Assembly (NCBI RefSeq): GCF_006345805.1
Contig: NC_043003.1
Location: 25,048,001-25,112,000 of the forward strand
Reading direction: 5' to 3'
From: Octopus sinensis
Lineage: Eukaryota
DNA: 64,000 bases
The notes below the pieces were generated by a model, which did no database searches, was not told the DNA's origin, and saw only the letters and a list, made by a program, of their open reading frames with translations. A program made the position numbers and the translations under genes. This document shows positions 24,953 to 37,851 of the stretch, piece by piece. The number at the start of each line of letters is the position of its first letter. Position 1 is the stretch's first letter.

Positions 24953-25154
24953 TATATATATTATATATATATATATATATATAATATATATATATATATA
25001 CACGCACAGAGATATGATATACATATGCAGAAGTAGCATGTTTGCTTATAGATAGATAAAGAGAGAGAGAGGGGGGAAACAGACAGACAGACAGACAGGC
25101 AGGCAGAGACAGATAGATTGGGAGGAGGGGCAGAGAGAACGAGAGAGATACAAT

Positions 25155-25708
25155 TGATTTCAAATTTTGGCACAACGCCAGCAAGTTCGTGGGGGAGGTG
25201 ATAAGTCGATTATATCGACCCCAGTATTCACCAGGGACTCATTTTATCAACTGCGAAAGAGGATTAAAACGTAGCGACAGACGAAATACCCATTTCTTTC
25301 CTACCTGCAAGGGGCTAAACATAGAGGGGACAAACAAGGACAGACAAAGGGATTGAGTCGATTACATCGATCCCAGTGCGTCACTGGTATTTATTTAATC
25401 GACCCCGAAAGGATGAAAGGCAATGTTGACTTCGGCGGAATTTGAACTCAGAACGTAGCGGCAGACGAAATACCTATTTCTTTACTACCCGTAAGGGGCT
25501 AAACATAGAGGGAACAAACAAGGACAGACAAAGGGATTAAGTCGATTATATCGACGCCAGTGCGTAACTGGTACTTATTTAATCGACCCCGAACGGATGA
25601 AAGGCAAAGTCGACCTCGGCGGAATTTGAACTCACAGCGTAACGGCAGACGAAATACCGCTAAGCATTTCGCCCGGCGTGCTCACGATTCAGTCAACTCG
25701 CCGCCTTA
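25155..25708 (-). mobile_element. SINE family A multimer (head plus about three bodies)
   Basis: Repeated GACGAAATACC...ACAAACAAGGACAGACAAA...ATCGACCCCG blocks. Confidence 0.9.
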
Positions 25709-26009
25709 ACGGGAAGAATAATATTGATAATGCCATTAATGATATCTTGGGAATTATTATAAACCTATAATTATCTTAAATATTCGTTTTTCAGTCAATT
25801 TTTATACAGCAATATATAAAGTCTGTATTGTTTGGAAAATTAATCCATTTATAATAGCACCACTTCTAATGCTGAGCACTCTTTTCATTGCAAAAACATG
25901 TCTGCCTTGAGATTTTTTATAATAGCCACGGTTGATTCATGCCATGTGAGGGAAGTTTGTTAGGTGGAAACTGTGTAGAAGCCTATCGGATGAATTATGC
26001 CTGTAATTT

Positions 26010-26630
26010 TTTTATTTCTTTATTGTCCACAGGGGAGCTAAAAATAGAGGGGACAAACAAGGACAGACAAACGGATTAAATCGATTATATTGACCCCAGT
26101 GCGTAACTGGTACTTATTCAATAGACTCCGAAAGGATGAAAGGCAAAGTTGACCTCGGTGGAATTTGAACTCAGAACGTAACGGCAGACGAAATACCTAT
26201 TTCTTTACTACCCACAAGGGGCTAAACACAGAGAGGACAAACAAGGACAAGCAAACGGATTAAGTCGATTATATCGACCCCAGTGCGTAACTGGTACTTA
26301 TTTAATCGACCCCGAAAGGCAAAGTCGACCTCGGCGGAATTTGAACTCAGAACGTAACGGCAGTCGAAATACCGCTAAGCATTTCGCCCGGCGTGCAAAC
26401 GTTTCTTATTACTTTATTGCCCACAAGGGGCTAAACATAGAGGGGACAAACAAGGACAGACAAACGGATTAAGTCGATTACATCGACCCCAGAGCGTAAC
26501 TGGTACTTATCTAATCGACCCCGAAAGGATGAAAGGCAAAGTCGACCTCGGCGGAAATTGAGCTCAGAACACAAAAACAGGCGAAATACCGCAAAGCATT
26601 TCGCCCGGCCTGCTAACGTTTCTGCCAGCA
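26010..26630 (-). mobile_element. SINE family A array (dimer plus adjacent monomer)
   Basis: Three bodies; head remnants near 26370-26405 and 26590-26630. Confidence 0.9.
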
Positions 26631-26921
26631 AGGTCCGGTATTGCCAGGCAGTGACACGCCGACTACGCCTAAGAATGGCATTAAAGGTATAACGTTTGTG
26701 TGGAATATTCGGACATCGAGACGCCAGTTCAATGAGCTTCGTAGTTTTGTTGATTAAACCCTTAACTTAGAAGCGGAGAAAGACATATTAAAACTATATT
26801 ACTGTCTTCTTGTTAAATTATCAGCGCACACATAAATCTGCGGTGTGCATTACGTCTCTTACCTTCTTTTATACATGTGTCTTATGTGAAACCTGTGATG
26901 AGCCCGAGTGACGCTGATGAC

Positions 26922-27108
26922 CTGCTTACCAACCACATGGTCCTGGGTTCAGTCCCACTGCGTGACACCTTGGGCAAGTGTCTTCTACTATAGTCTCGGC
27001 CCGACCAAAGCCTTGTGAGTGGATTTCGTAGACGGAAACTAAAAGAGGCCCGTCATATATATATATGTATGTATATATGTGTGTGTGTGTGTGTGTCTGT
27101 GTGTGTGT

Positions 27109-27150
<42 letters not shown>

Positions 27151-27381
27151 TTTTTTTTTGTGTGTCTGTGTTTGCCCCCCAATATTGCTTGACAACCGAT
27201 GCTGGTGTGTTTACGTCCCCGTCACTTAGCGATTCAGCAAAAGAGACCGATAGAATAAGTACTAGGTTTACAAAGAATAAGTCCTGGGGTCGATTTGCTC
27301 GATCGACTAAACTAAAGGCGGTGCTCCAGCATGGCCGCAGTCAAATGACTGAAGCAAGTAAAAGAGTAAAGTGTAAAGAGT
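26922..27381 (+). mobile_element. SINE family B, slightly 5'-truncated
   Basis: TGCTTACCAACCACATGG...internal (TG)n...CAGCATGGCCGCAGTCAAATGACTGAAGC. Confidence 0.9.
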
Positions 27382-27400
27382 ATACATATACATGTGTGTG

Positions 27401-27453
<53 letters not shown>

Positions 27454-27789
27454 ATACAGATATAATATATATTATTATATAATATATATAGATAGATATA
27501 GATACATAACATACATACAACATACATACATACATACATGCATCATATATATTATATATATATACATATATATATTATATATACAAGCATACGTATATAT
27601 GTATGTATATGAGGCGTCTCCTCTCGGTGACCAAGTATGAGTGTTCCGTTCTTGCTGTACGATCTGCACAAAGGATTTTGTTTATAGTGATCAAATGTAT
27701 GTCCTGAACATGAATTCACTTCCCCCATCAAATCAACGTTCCTTGAACAGATGCACGGTGTACAACACATTAGGTGTCAAAGTGACTTC

Positions 27790-27909
27790 AGAGCAACGCG
27801 AGATTAAGTGTTTTGCTCAAGAACACAACGTGCTACTCGATCCAGGAATTGAAGCCACGATCTCGCTATCATGAGTGCAACACCCTAACCACCAAGCCAT
27901 GCGCCTTCA
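27790..27909 (-). mobile_element. SINE family D head fragment
   Basis: Minus strand GTGAAGGCGCATGGCTTGGTGGTTAGGG...TTCAATTCC...GTGTTCTTGAGCAAAACAC. Confidence 0.7.
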
Positions 27910-28734
27910 CGTACATACATACATACACACATACATACATACATACATACATACATACATTCATAGATAGATAGATAGATAGATACATACATACATACAT
28001 ACATACATACATACATACATACATTCATAGATACATACATACATTCATTCATACATACATCCACATACATACATACATACATACATACATACATTCATAG
28101 AACATACATCACAACTACTACATACATACACCTACATACATACATAATACATACATCCATACATACATTCATAGATACATACATACATACATACATAATA
28201 CATACATACTACATACATAGAACATACATACATGACATACATACATACATACATACATACATACATGCATGCATATATACATGCATACTTTCAGACGTAT
28301 ATATAAATGCCTTGTTGTAAGAGGGTTCCGACTGCCATATTTTCCTAAGTTTAGCATAATACTCTCAGCTCATCCTATCTTTATTCAGAGTAACTTTGTC
28401 TTCCGTATCATATGATTCATCAATACCATGGTAGTTGTAGCATTCTTTGTGTAGGACAGGAGAGATGGTGAAGCCATTGATGCACGGGTTAGGGGTCTGG
28501 GGGACTGATTATGTATGTATGTATGCACGCATATGTTCACGTTTTTCACTATTTCTTGCCAATAGAGAAAGAGACGGTTTCTAACCTAGTTCCAAGAATT
28601 CCAATAACATCAATAAGGTATTTTTCTATGTATGTATGTATATCTGTATGTATATGTGCAGATTTATACGTTTTGTTTTATGTGTGTATTCTCATGCATA
28701 TAGTTGCATATCTAGACATGCTCATATATATACT

Positions 28735-28970
28735 TAAATGATAAACTTCTGCAAAGTTTTACAGATTTTTACAGTTCCAGTGATGGATTGGATCTGTAGT
28801 CTTCGAATCAGCTTTCTCCTTTCTGATTTTGAGAAGCTTAATTTCTCAAGATTGGTATTTGGCGGTGTTACATATCCCATGGCACTAATAATTACAGGTA
28901 TAAACCTGAACTTGTAATCTGGATAGAATAGCTGTAGATTCCTCATTAGTTCAGCGTCGGTATTTTCTTT
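28735..28970 (-). mobile_element. Dong/R4-like LINE C-terminal stub
   Basis: ELMRNLQLFYPDYKFRFIPVIISAMG...IQSITGTVKICKT. Confidence 0.75.
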
Positions 28971-29069
28971 ATGTATGTATGTATGTATGTATGTATGTAT
29001 GTATGTATGTATGTATGTATGTATGTATGTATGTATGTATGTATGCATGTATGTATGTATGCATGTATA

Positions 29070-30800
29070 GAACTTTTAGCAGACGGGTAACAGTGCCTTC
29101 GAAGTTTCGATCTACTAGTCTTCGTCGGGCAATCAGTCTGCGAAAGGCCAATAACAGCAACTGAGATACGAGAGGTATAGAGTGATTGCCCGAAGTACAA
29201 ATCACCTGGTTCACATGGTCTGCCCTATGAGCTTTAGTAATATATACCAAACCTATATGGCAAAATATTGGCTACGTCTAAAGCAACCCGAAGCAAAATG
29301 GAAGAATTCCCAGTTCTGTAGCCGGGTCGAGTTAACGCTGTTGAGTTTAGATACCGACAAAGCGGATATTATGGATGATTTCCGTCCCGCAACCATACTA
29401 GATGCATATACTAGCAAAGCAGTTTGCACTTTCGTGGGTGGTTTGATCAGGGAAACATAAATGTGTGCGATCCACAGTACAGTAATCCCTCGACTATCGC
29501 GGGTGTTACGTTCCAAAACCCCAACGATAGGTGAAAATCCGCGAAGTAGAAACAGTACTGTATATTTTAAAAATTATTTTTATAATTTGTATAAAAACTG
29601 TGGGCCGGTAGCTGTGTACAGTCGCCTCAATGTCGCCCAGAGCGAGCTCTTGTTGCCATAGCGTCGACTGTGGGCCGGTAGCTGTGTGCAGTCGCCGCAA
29701 CGCCGTCCAGAGCAGCAATGTTCAGTGCTAAAAGTAAATGGCCACCTCTCGAAACTGTTTTATATGGCACTCGTTCTATCAAGGTGTCCTCTCTCATCTC
29801 TTTTAGGTCATTGACCCTCGAGCCATTACTGCGAAAGTGAGAACTCTTGAGGGGCATCTCCTTCGAGTTGGATGCAGGAGAGTTGTCTCGGCGTAATGCA
29901 GATGATATCACCGTAATGGCGTTAGACACCGCGATAGTGAAAGTTATCGGTTCCATTCTGAAGGAATACGAGGCGATGGCAGGAGCAAAGATAAACCTGA
30001 ACAAGTCGGTGAGCTTGAGGCTCGACACATGGAGAGGCAAGTCTAAGTCGTCGAATATCATTGTAGGCTGGGAAGACGGGCGGGTTAAATGGTTTGAGGT
30101 CTAATTTATTACGAACCTGCAAGTTGAGATGAAGTGGGACGAAATGACGCTTACGGTGGCCAGCCTCACTCGGATACGAACTGAGAGGAAGCTATCCCTG
30201 AAACATCAAGCAGAAGTAGTGAATACCTACATCGTTTCCGTAATAATTTACTCCCTGATCCTTGTGCTTTGCCCCAGTCTCTGCGTGGCCAAACTGCAGC
30301 TTCCTACTTCCGCTTCCTGTGGCAGGGACACATTCCACTGATCATGCGGGTCATCTGTTACCAGCTATTTCTGGAAGGCATACTCGGTATACTGTGGCTA
30401 CGCCACCTGCAGATTTCCTTTGACGATGAACAGGTGTGATCTCCGTTTGTAAGAGATGCTGCTCATCTTTTTGCGGAACTGCTGTCCTGGGTCAATAAAA
30501 GACCAAAACTGGATGTTCGGCACCTGGAATGTCGTTAGGAATCACCAGCATATAGCAGTCAGAAGTATTGATCGGTGGAAGTTCTATATTAGCAATATGT
30601 AGGAAGCTAGCGGCGTATTGGAGCAACAATGTTCTCAAGGAAACTTTTAGCGTCCACGAGAACGAGCTAGTTGATCTGTTTTGGTTGACATTGAGACCAG
30701 GGACTGCTGTTTCTTTCAGATCGAATAACAGTGTTGAGACCATGTATCTGTCTTGAGAAATCTGAGTCAAACCACATCCATTGCTGCCTTAAACAGTGAA
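29070..30800 (+). mobile_element. Decayed L1/Tx1-like LINE ORF2 (RT region), interrupted
   Basis: Broken frames give KSPGSHGLPYE, DDFRP, VNGHLS, ADDIT and GAKINLNKS; related to 63677-64000. Confidence 0.75.
29480..29600 (+). mobile_element. Tc1/pogo(Tigger)-like DNA transposon end inserted in the LINE
   Basis: TA|CAGTAATCCCTCGACTATCGCGG terminus is typical of Tigger-like TIRs; no partner TIR found. Confidence 0.5.
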
Positions 30801-31321
30801 AGTTGTAGATACGGTCTTTCAAACATGATGGTCATAAACTGAGATACCTTTGGCCCTATATCCGCTTCATTAGGAAAGACACGTCAGCAACAGCATTTTT
30901 TACACTAATTATGAATCACCGGTGATATCTCTACACAGTCAGACATAGATCTACTAGAAATACCAGTGAGATATTAATTGAAGTGTCCTTCCTGTTTAAG
31001 AGATATTGTTTTTTTTTATGGTGAGACGCACCCACCAATCAGTCTGCTTTGGCAATACTTTGATAGTGTGTGACATACTTCAAGTGAAAGTAACAAGTTG
31101 CAACAGAGTTTTAATGAAAACTTCCTCTGAGTATATATATGTGTGTGTGTGTGTGATGTAGAGAATTAGTAATAATGGTATACCCCTCCCAGGTGACGAA
31201 TGGAATAACCTAGTTACTATAACTAAAGAGAAGTACGCCAAGTACCAGAGTACGCAGTAGCGGCCAGGGATAGTCGTTTCTTTATTGGTTTTACTAAAGT
31301 ATATTGTATACCGAAGTGGAG

Positions 31322-31709
31322 TGGAAGCACTCCGTCGGTTACGACGACGAGTGTTCCGGTTGATCCGAATCAACGGAACAGCCTGCTCGTGAAATTAACG
31401 TGTAAGTGGCTGAGCACTCCACAGACACGTGTACCCTTAACGTAGTTCTCGGGGATATTCAGCGTGACAGAGAGAGTGACAAGGCCGGCCCCTTGAAATA
31501 CAGGTACAACAGAAACAGGAAGTAAGAGTGAGAGAAAGTTGTGGTGAAAGAGTACAGCAGGGATCACCACCATCCCCTGCCGGAGCCTCGTGGAGCTTTT
31601 TTAGGTGTTTTCGCTCAATAAACACTCACAAAGCCCGGTCTGGGAATCGAAACCGCAATCCTATGACCGCGAGTCCGCTGCCCTAACCACTGGGTCATTG
31701 CGCCTCCAC
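31322..31709 (-). mobile_element. SINE family C (tRNA-derived), full length with 10-bp TSD
   Basis: A box TGACCCAGTGG, B box GGTTTCGATTCC; TSD ATACCGAAGT at 31308-31317 and 31710-31719. Confidence 0.92.
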
Positions 31710-31794
31710 ATACCGAAGTAGGCGTTATATCAATCCAACATTGTAAGGATTATAACAATACACACACACACACACGCACACACACACACGCACA

Positions 31795-31858
<64 letters not shown>

Positions 31859-31949
31859 AGTAAGAAAATGGAGAGTTTGAATGGATATAAATTCTTTATT
31901 CTTTTATTCTTCAGACTCCACCCATTCTGGAGCGCCGCCTTGAAGTCGA

Positions 31950-33390
31950 CAGATTTTAATGTCTGAGTGGATTTCTTGTACAGACCAGTCAAGCTTCCCA
32001 AACGTTGGAATCAGCACTGGTGCTGCAAATGCATTGTGGGATATTGTCTTGTTGCAAGAGGAGGGTTCGGACTGCGATATTTTTCTTAGTCTGGTGTAAT
32101 ATTCTTGGGTCGCTCTATCTTTATTCACAGTACCTTGGTATGATATGCATTCATCACTGCCAAAGTACAGTCAACATTATCTGTGTGGGACAAGGAGAGA
32201 CAGTGAAACGACTGATGTACAAGTTTTGTGTCTAGAAGACTGATTTTCTCTGTTCAACAATTAAATAAGCATATTTCTTCAGGTAGTGGAGGCGCAATGG
32301 CCCAGTGGTTAGGGCAGCGGACTCGCGGTTTCGATTCCCAGACCGGGCGTTGTGAGTGTTTATTGAGCGAAAACACCTAAAGCTCCACGAGGCTCCGGCA
32401 GGGATGGTGGTGATCCCTGCTGTACTCTTTCACCACAACTTTCTCTCACTCTTACTTCCTGTTTCTGTTGTACCTGTATTTCAAGGGGCCGGCCTTGTCA
32501 CTCTCTCTGTCACGCTGAATATCCCCGAGAACTACGTTAAGGGTACACGTATCTGTGGAGTGCTCAGCCACTTACACGTTAATTTCACGAGCAGGCTGTT
32601 CCGTTGATTCGGATCAACCGGAACCCTCGTCGTCGTAACCGACGGAGTGCTTCCAACCATTTCTTCAGGATAAATTCCATTCCTATGTCGACTGAAAATG
32701 TTATTAATTCCAGTTGTTTTTTGGCATTGTTAACATTTTTAGCATAAATTTTAAGTTCATCCATAAAGAGATTATGAGTTACATTAATGTCACTTGCAGT
32801 TTTAGACTCTACGAGTAGTATGCAGCCATTTGTTTGTTTTTTTTTGCTGCAGGAATAATAATGGGTTTATCGTTAAAATGAACAGGAATACAGAGAGGCT
32901 ATCTCCCAGGAATATTCCCTTTGAAAAATTTATGGCATTGGAGCCGATCGTTCCATTCTCTGTTCTAAGTGTTGGAGTTGTGGATCAGATCTTTGTGAGC
33001 CTCTCAATGCCAACAATTAAAGCAACGGGAACTTTTGCCAAATGGAGATACTTCAGGAGTCAAGAGTGGGGAATAGAGTCAAATGCCTTCCTCCAATCAA
33101 GCCATACTGCTGTAAGGGTCCTACGATTTTTTTTTTACCTTAAACAGTACAGTTTTCATTATCAGAAATTGTTTGGCACATCCCCACACTCCCTTCTTTC
33201 CATTAGCCTGCCCATCCGTCACTATGGTGTTGGACTCACAATGGTCCTGGAGGAATTTGTTGAGAGTTTATACATAATATTTAGGTGAACAATGGGCCTG
33301 TAGTTTTCAGGCAACTCGATGGTTTCATTCTTGGCCACGCGATTCGTCTGTACTATCGCAAGCCAATTTAGAATGCCAATCTGACCTATG
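31950..33390 (-). mobile_element. Decayed Dong/R4-like LINE reverse transcriptase region
   Basis: Minus frames give PENYRPI, GIFLGDSLS, MDELKIYAK and EYYTRLRKI...PVLIPTFG; interrupted by SINE C. Confidence 0.8.
32286..32655 (+). mobile_element. SINE family C, full length with 11-bp TSD
   Basis: A box TGGCCCAGTGG; TSD ATTTCTTCAGG at 32273-32283 and 32659-32669; near-identical to the 31322-31709 copy. Confidence 0.92.
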
Positions 33391-33396
33391 ATGTAT

Positions 33397-33435
<39 letters not shown>

Positions 33436-34128
33436 TGTGTGTGTGTGCATCTTTTTTTTCTTTTGGGGACCCCAATAAGAAAAAAAGTAGAAGCAAGAAA
33501 TCTTTTTATAATTCTCAGAGCTGAATTCATATACAGAGCTTGAGACCTTGTCTTAAAAAGATGAATATTGTTCATATAGTATAGCTGAAAATAAAACATA
33601 ATGGTCGTGGCTGGAACGCCTTTGAACATAGATCTGTGTATTTAGGAACTAACTAAAGTCAAAGGAACAACAACGATTACAACAACAACAACAACAACAA
33701 CAACAACAGCAACCTCACTAATTCTATTTAACAAGTGTTTACTCCCTCATCCTTTACGGTTATGAATATTTAGGAAACTCGCACCCTAAACTATTTAATT
33801 CCACTCCCCACCACACACAGCAAAATTAGATAAGGAAATACACGTAAACATATATCACAAGTTTGGGGAGTGGTTACTTCTTATTTGTGGAATGTTTAAA
33901 TATTTCCACAGTCCTTCTGTGTGTCCCGTTGACAAAACGTGTGTGACTGACGCACCTACTTACAAAATAAGCTAGTTACATAAATCAACTCCGCTTGGCA
34001 AACGCTGCTGGAAGTAATCGCAAACTTAGGTCGCCTACGCAAAAACGAGATGTCCCTCTTTTCTTACCCCTTTCAAGGAAACGCATAGATGTGCTCAAGA
34101 GTCGATAGTGATTATGACAAAACAAAAG

Positions 34129-34544
34129 GGCGGCTTGCTGGCAGAATCGTTAGCACGCCGGGCGAAATGCTCAGCAGAATTTCGTCTGTCGCTACGTTCT
34201 GAGTTCAAATTCCGCCGAGGTCGACTTTGCCTTTCATCCTTTCGGGGTCGATTAAATAAGTACCAGTTACGCACTGGGGTCGATATGATCGACTTAATCC
34301 GTTTGTCTGTTCTTGTTTGTCCCTTCTGTGTTTAGCCCCTTGTGGGTAGTAAAGAAATAGGTATTTCGTCTGTCTTTGCGTTCTGAGTTCAAATTCCGCC
34401 GAGGTCGACTTTGCCTTTCATCCTTTCGGGGTCGATTAAATAAGTACCAGTTACGCACTGGGGTCGATATAATCGACTTCATCCGTTTGTCTGTCCTTGT
34501 TTGTCCCCTCTGTGTTTACCCCTTGTGGGTAGTAAAGAAATAGG
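34129..34544 (+). mobile_element. SINE family A dimer with 14-bp TSD
   Basis: One head and two bodies; TSD TTATGACAAAACAA at 34112-34125 and 34545-34558. Confidence 0.93.
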
Positions 34545-35340
34545 TTATGACAAAACAACTAGCTTACACTATCAGTCATAAACCACAAGAAATACAAAAA
34601 AGTTCGCCTCCATCCATTTACATACGCCGATATTATAAACACCGCCACACACACACACACGAGCAATGCTTCGATCGGGGGGGGGAGGGAACGAAGCGCG
34701 GGAAAGTTAACTTAAGATGGGGTGCGTTTTCTAAGACACTCACTTCACAGTTCCCACCACCACCACCACCACCATCACCACCCTGTGTCTTTCTTCTTAT
34801 GACGAAAAGATTATTATTCAGTTGTCACTCCTATACAGATTACGACAGCGACAAAATTTGAATTTCAATAAAAACTCGAACAGATCACTTTACATGAATC
34901 ATAAAATTTATTTCATACGCTGTTCTTTACCAAACAAATATGATTTTTTTTTATTGAACCGTTATTATTATTATTATTACCACTTCAGCACTACCACTCC
35001 ACCCTATTTTTATCCGTTATGAAAGAGATTTAAAAGTCTTTTATTGTTGTAAATTATAGTACTTAAAAGTAATAGGGAAATGTTAGCTTTCATTTATAAA
35101 AGAGACCACATGACGTTATATTAGTAACGTTTGTCAATGTTACGGAGCGATGTCTTTTATTGCCTTTGTTATATACATTGTTCTCGTCGGTGTTTCTGCT
35201 GCTGTGTTTGTTCTTGTTCTATTATAGTACATGTTTTTAGCACTAAATCAGACCTTAACTAGCAACTTATCATTTTGTATACTACACACGTAAATATGCC
35301 GATATTTATCTCTGTCTCTCTCTGTCTCTCTCTCTCTCTT

Positions 35341-35413
<73 letters not shown>

Positions 35414-35629
35414 TATATATATATATAAAAGAGCGTCCACATAGTGGATTCTCTCTTATTGTTTTGTATTAATAATATTTACTGTATCCCAGTCTTTTAT
35501 ACGCTAGACCACTTGGTGTTTAAATTGATGTTATTAATTAATATTCAATTTTTTCACCCTTATTTTATATAGTATATTATATACTATATATATACATATA
35601 CTATATGAACAATATATATATATATATAT

Positions 35630-35684
<55 letters not shown>

Positions 35685-35690
35685 AACCCC

Positions 35691-35894
35691 GTGACCGCGT
35701 GTGTATCGTTGGCGATTTTCTTTCCTCCGTCTTCTCTTCCTTGGATCTGTCCTTTTTCCATGTTTCTGACGAAGAGCTCCGCTCGAAACATTAAATCCTC
35801 CTTCTTTCTTTCCTTTCCTGAGCTTCCAATAAAACTGTACTTGTTCCATGTCCTCATGTTGTTGTGTTTTCTCCTTGTGTTTTCATGTTTGGAT

Positions 35895-35898
<4 letters not shown>
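35691..35898 (+). mobile_element. ~200-bp (TA)n-embedded repeat with hammerhead-like motif (copy 2)
   Basis: CTGACGA (35766-35772), A, GAGC/GCTC stem, GAAA (35785-35788). Confidence 0.8.
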
Positions 35899-35934
<36 letters not shown>

Positions 35935-36598
35935 GCGACGCCAGGTCATCAGTGTCACTCGGGCTTATCGCAGATTTCGCATAAGACGCATGCCTGCTCG
36001 AAGAATCTCACGTTTTTCCGCAATATTTCTAACCCCAAAATGGCTTATTGGTTTTATATCTAGTACTATGTCTTTCTCTATTTCTAATGGTAAATATAAA
36101 GCAGCCCTGCAAAACACAACTGATCTTTACATTCAGACGTACAGAATGTAGAGATCACTTGTGCATATTATTAGTTTATAACAAAAAACAAAGCAAAAAA
36201 AAAAACAAGAAGAGAAGAGAAAAAAGAAGGCAGGAAAAAAAGGAATTTGGACGTATAATACGTAACTTAGAAGCAGCGCTACAGATGTACCAGCTCACAC
36301 GAGACATGGCCGACCTCACACACTTCTCAAGAGGAATTCCGGAAGGAGCATCGTAAGACCACTGCTGAGACGCTTCCACAAAATAAAAAAGAAAAGCCGT
36401 TAGAAAACCGATTATACCAGCGACTCTATCTAAGAATATCTGAAAAGGGAATATTATTCCGAAATATCATAACAGACTATGGATGACTCAATTAGAACAG
36501 GTATATAGCCCATTGTCTGTATTATAGTGAATTGTTGTCCCATTCAAAACTTTTTATTCTTTACAAACAATACACAATGTTTCAATCGAATTACAATA

Positions 36599-36642
<44 letters not shown>

Positions 36643-36644
<2 letters not shown>

Positions 36645-36849
36645 AACCGCGTGTGTACCGTTGGCGATTTTTTTTCCTCTGTCTTCCCTTCTCTGGATCT
36701 TTCCTTCTCCTATGTTTCCGACGAAGAGCTCCGCTCGAAACGTTAAACCCTCCTTCTTTCCTTCTTTCCTGAGCAGCGTTCAATAATACTATATTTTTTC
36801 CACGTCCTCGCGTTGTTGTGTTCTTTTGTGCTTTCTTGTTTGGATTAAC
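36643..36849 (+). mobile_element. ~200-bp (TA)n-embedded repeat with hammerhead-like motif (copy 3)
   Basis: CCGACGA-A-GAGC-TCC-GCTC-GAAACGTTAAAC. Confidence 0.8.
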
Positions 36850-36871
36850 TATATATATAATATACTATATA

Positions 36872-36941
<70 letters not shown>

Positions 36942-37041
36942 TAATCATATAGGGTGGCAAAAAATTTTGTAGAATTTTTTTTTTGCCACCAGCGGCCTAG
37001 TGGGAAAAAATTAAATAGTCATAGACCATTTTAAGTTCAAC

Positions 37042-37284
37042 ATCACAATCAAGGAACGGCCATAATAGGCCATTCACCCACTAGAAATAACAGCCAAAGC
37101 TTCAACCGCAAAATAACATTAATTCCGTAAACCAGGAGAAAATTAAAAAATTAAAAAACTTTTACAGGGTAAATGTTTTTTAATTTTCTCCTGGTTTACG
37201 GAATTAATGTTATTTTGCGGTTGAAGCTTTGGCTGTTATTTCTAGTGGGTGAATGGCCTATTATGGCCGTTCCTTGATTGTGAT
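37042..37284. repeat. Perfect 109-bp inverted repeat with 25-nt spacer
   Basis: 37042-37150 is the exact reverse complement of 37176-37284 by manual comparison. Confidence 0.95.
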
Positions 37285-37818
37285 ATATATATATATATAT
37301 ATATAATATATATATATATATCTATTAGATTATATATATATATATCAAAATAAGCAACAAGGGATATCCAGAGGTAATGCAGTACGACCATTTCATGCAA
37401 CTCCATTTAATTGAACAATGCAATCATAACATCAATTTAAAAGAAGAGCAATCCTCAGCTCCACAAAGACATAGAATTTAATTAAATTAAAACACATGGA
37501 CACATTAATATAATTATACCTAAAATCTCCAAGAAGTTAAGGAGATAGACAAAGAACATGCTGCCTTCGCTCCAGCATAGAAGCTTCTACTATTATCTCT
37601 TTTCAACAACAGTTACAAACTGTTGTAGACAAATAATTGTCAATTTAAAAAAAGGTTGTAGGGGAAGTTAATGGACAGAGAGGAATGGATTGAGTTACAC
37701 TGGGTTCAAAACAGAGGGATGGTATTAGAAGACGGAAGGGAGAGATATATATGCAGACTGTAATATCTGGGGGGGGGGCGAAAGGATGTTTAGCTAGCTA
37801 GCTTAGATCAGGATGCAT

Positions 37819-37851
<33 letters not shown>

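Noticed and set aside
35691-36849. LTR retrozyme/TRIM formed by two direct hammerhead-bearing repeats around ~700 bp
   Set aside because: Each copy has its own (TA)n flanks, the two differ considerably, and copy 3 looks closer to the distant copy at 24759. Independent insertions are more likely.
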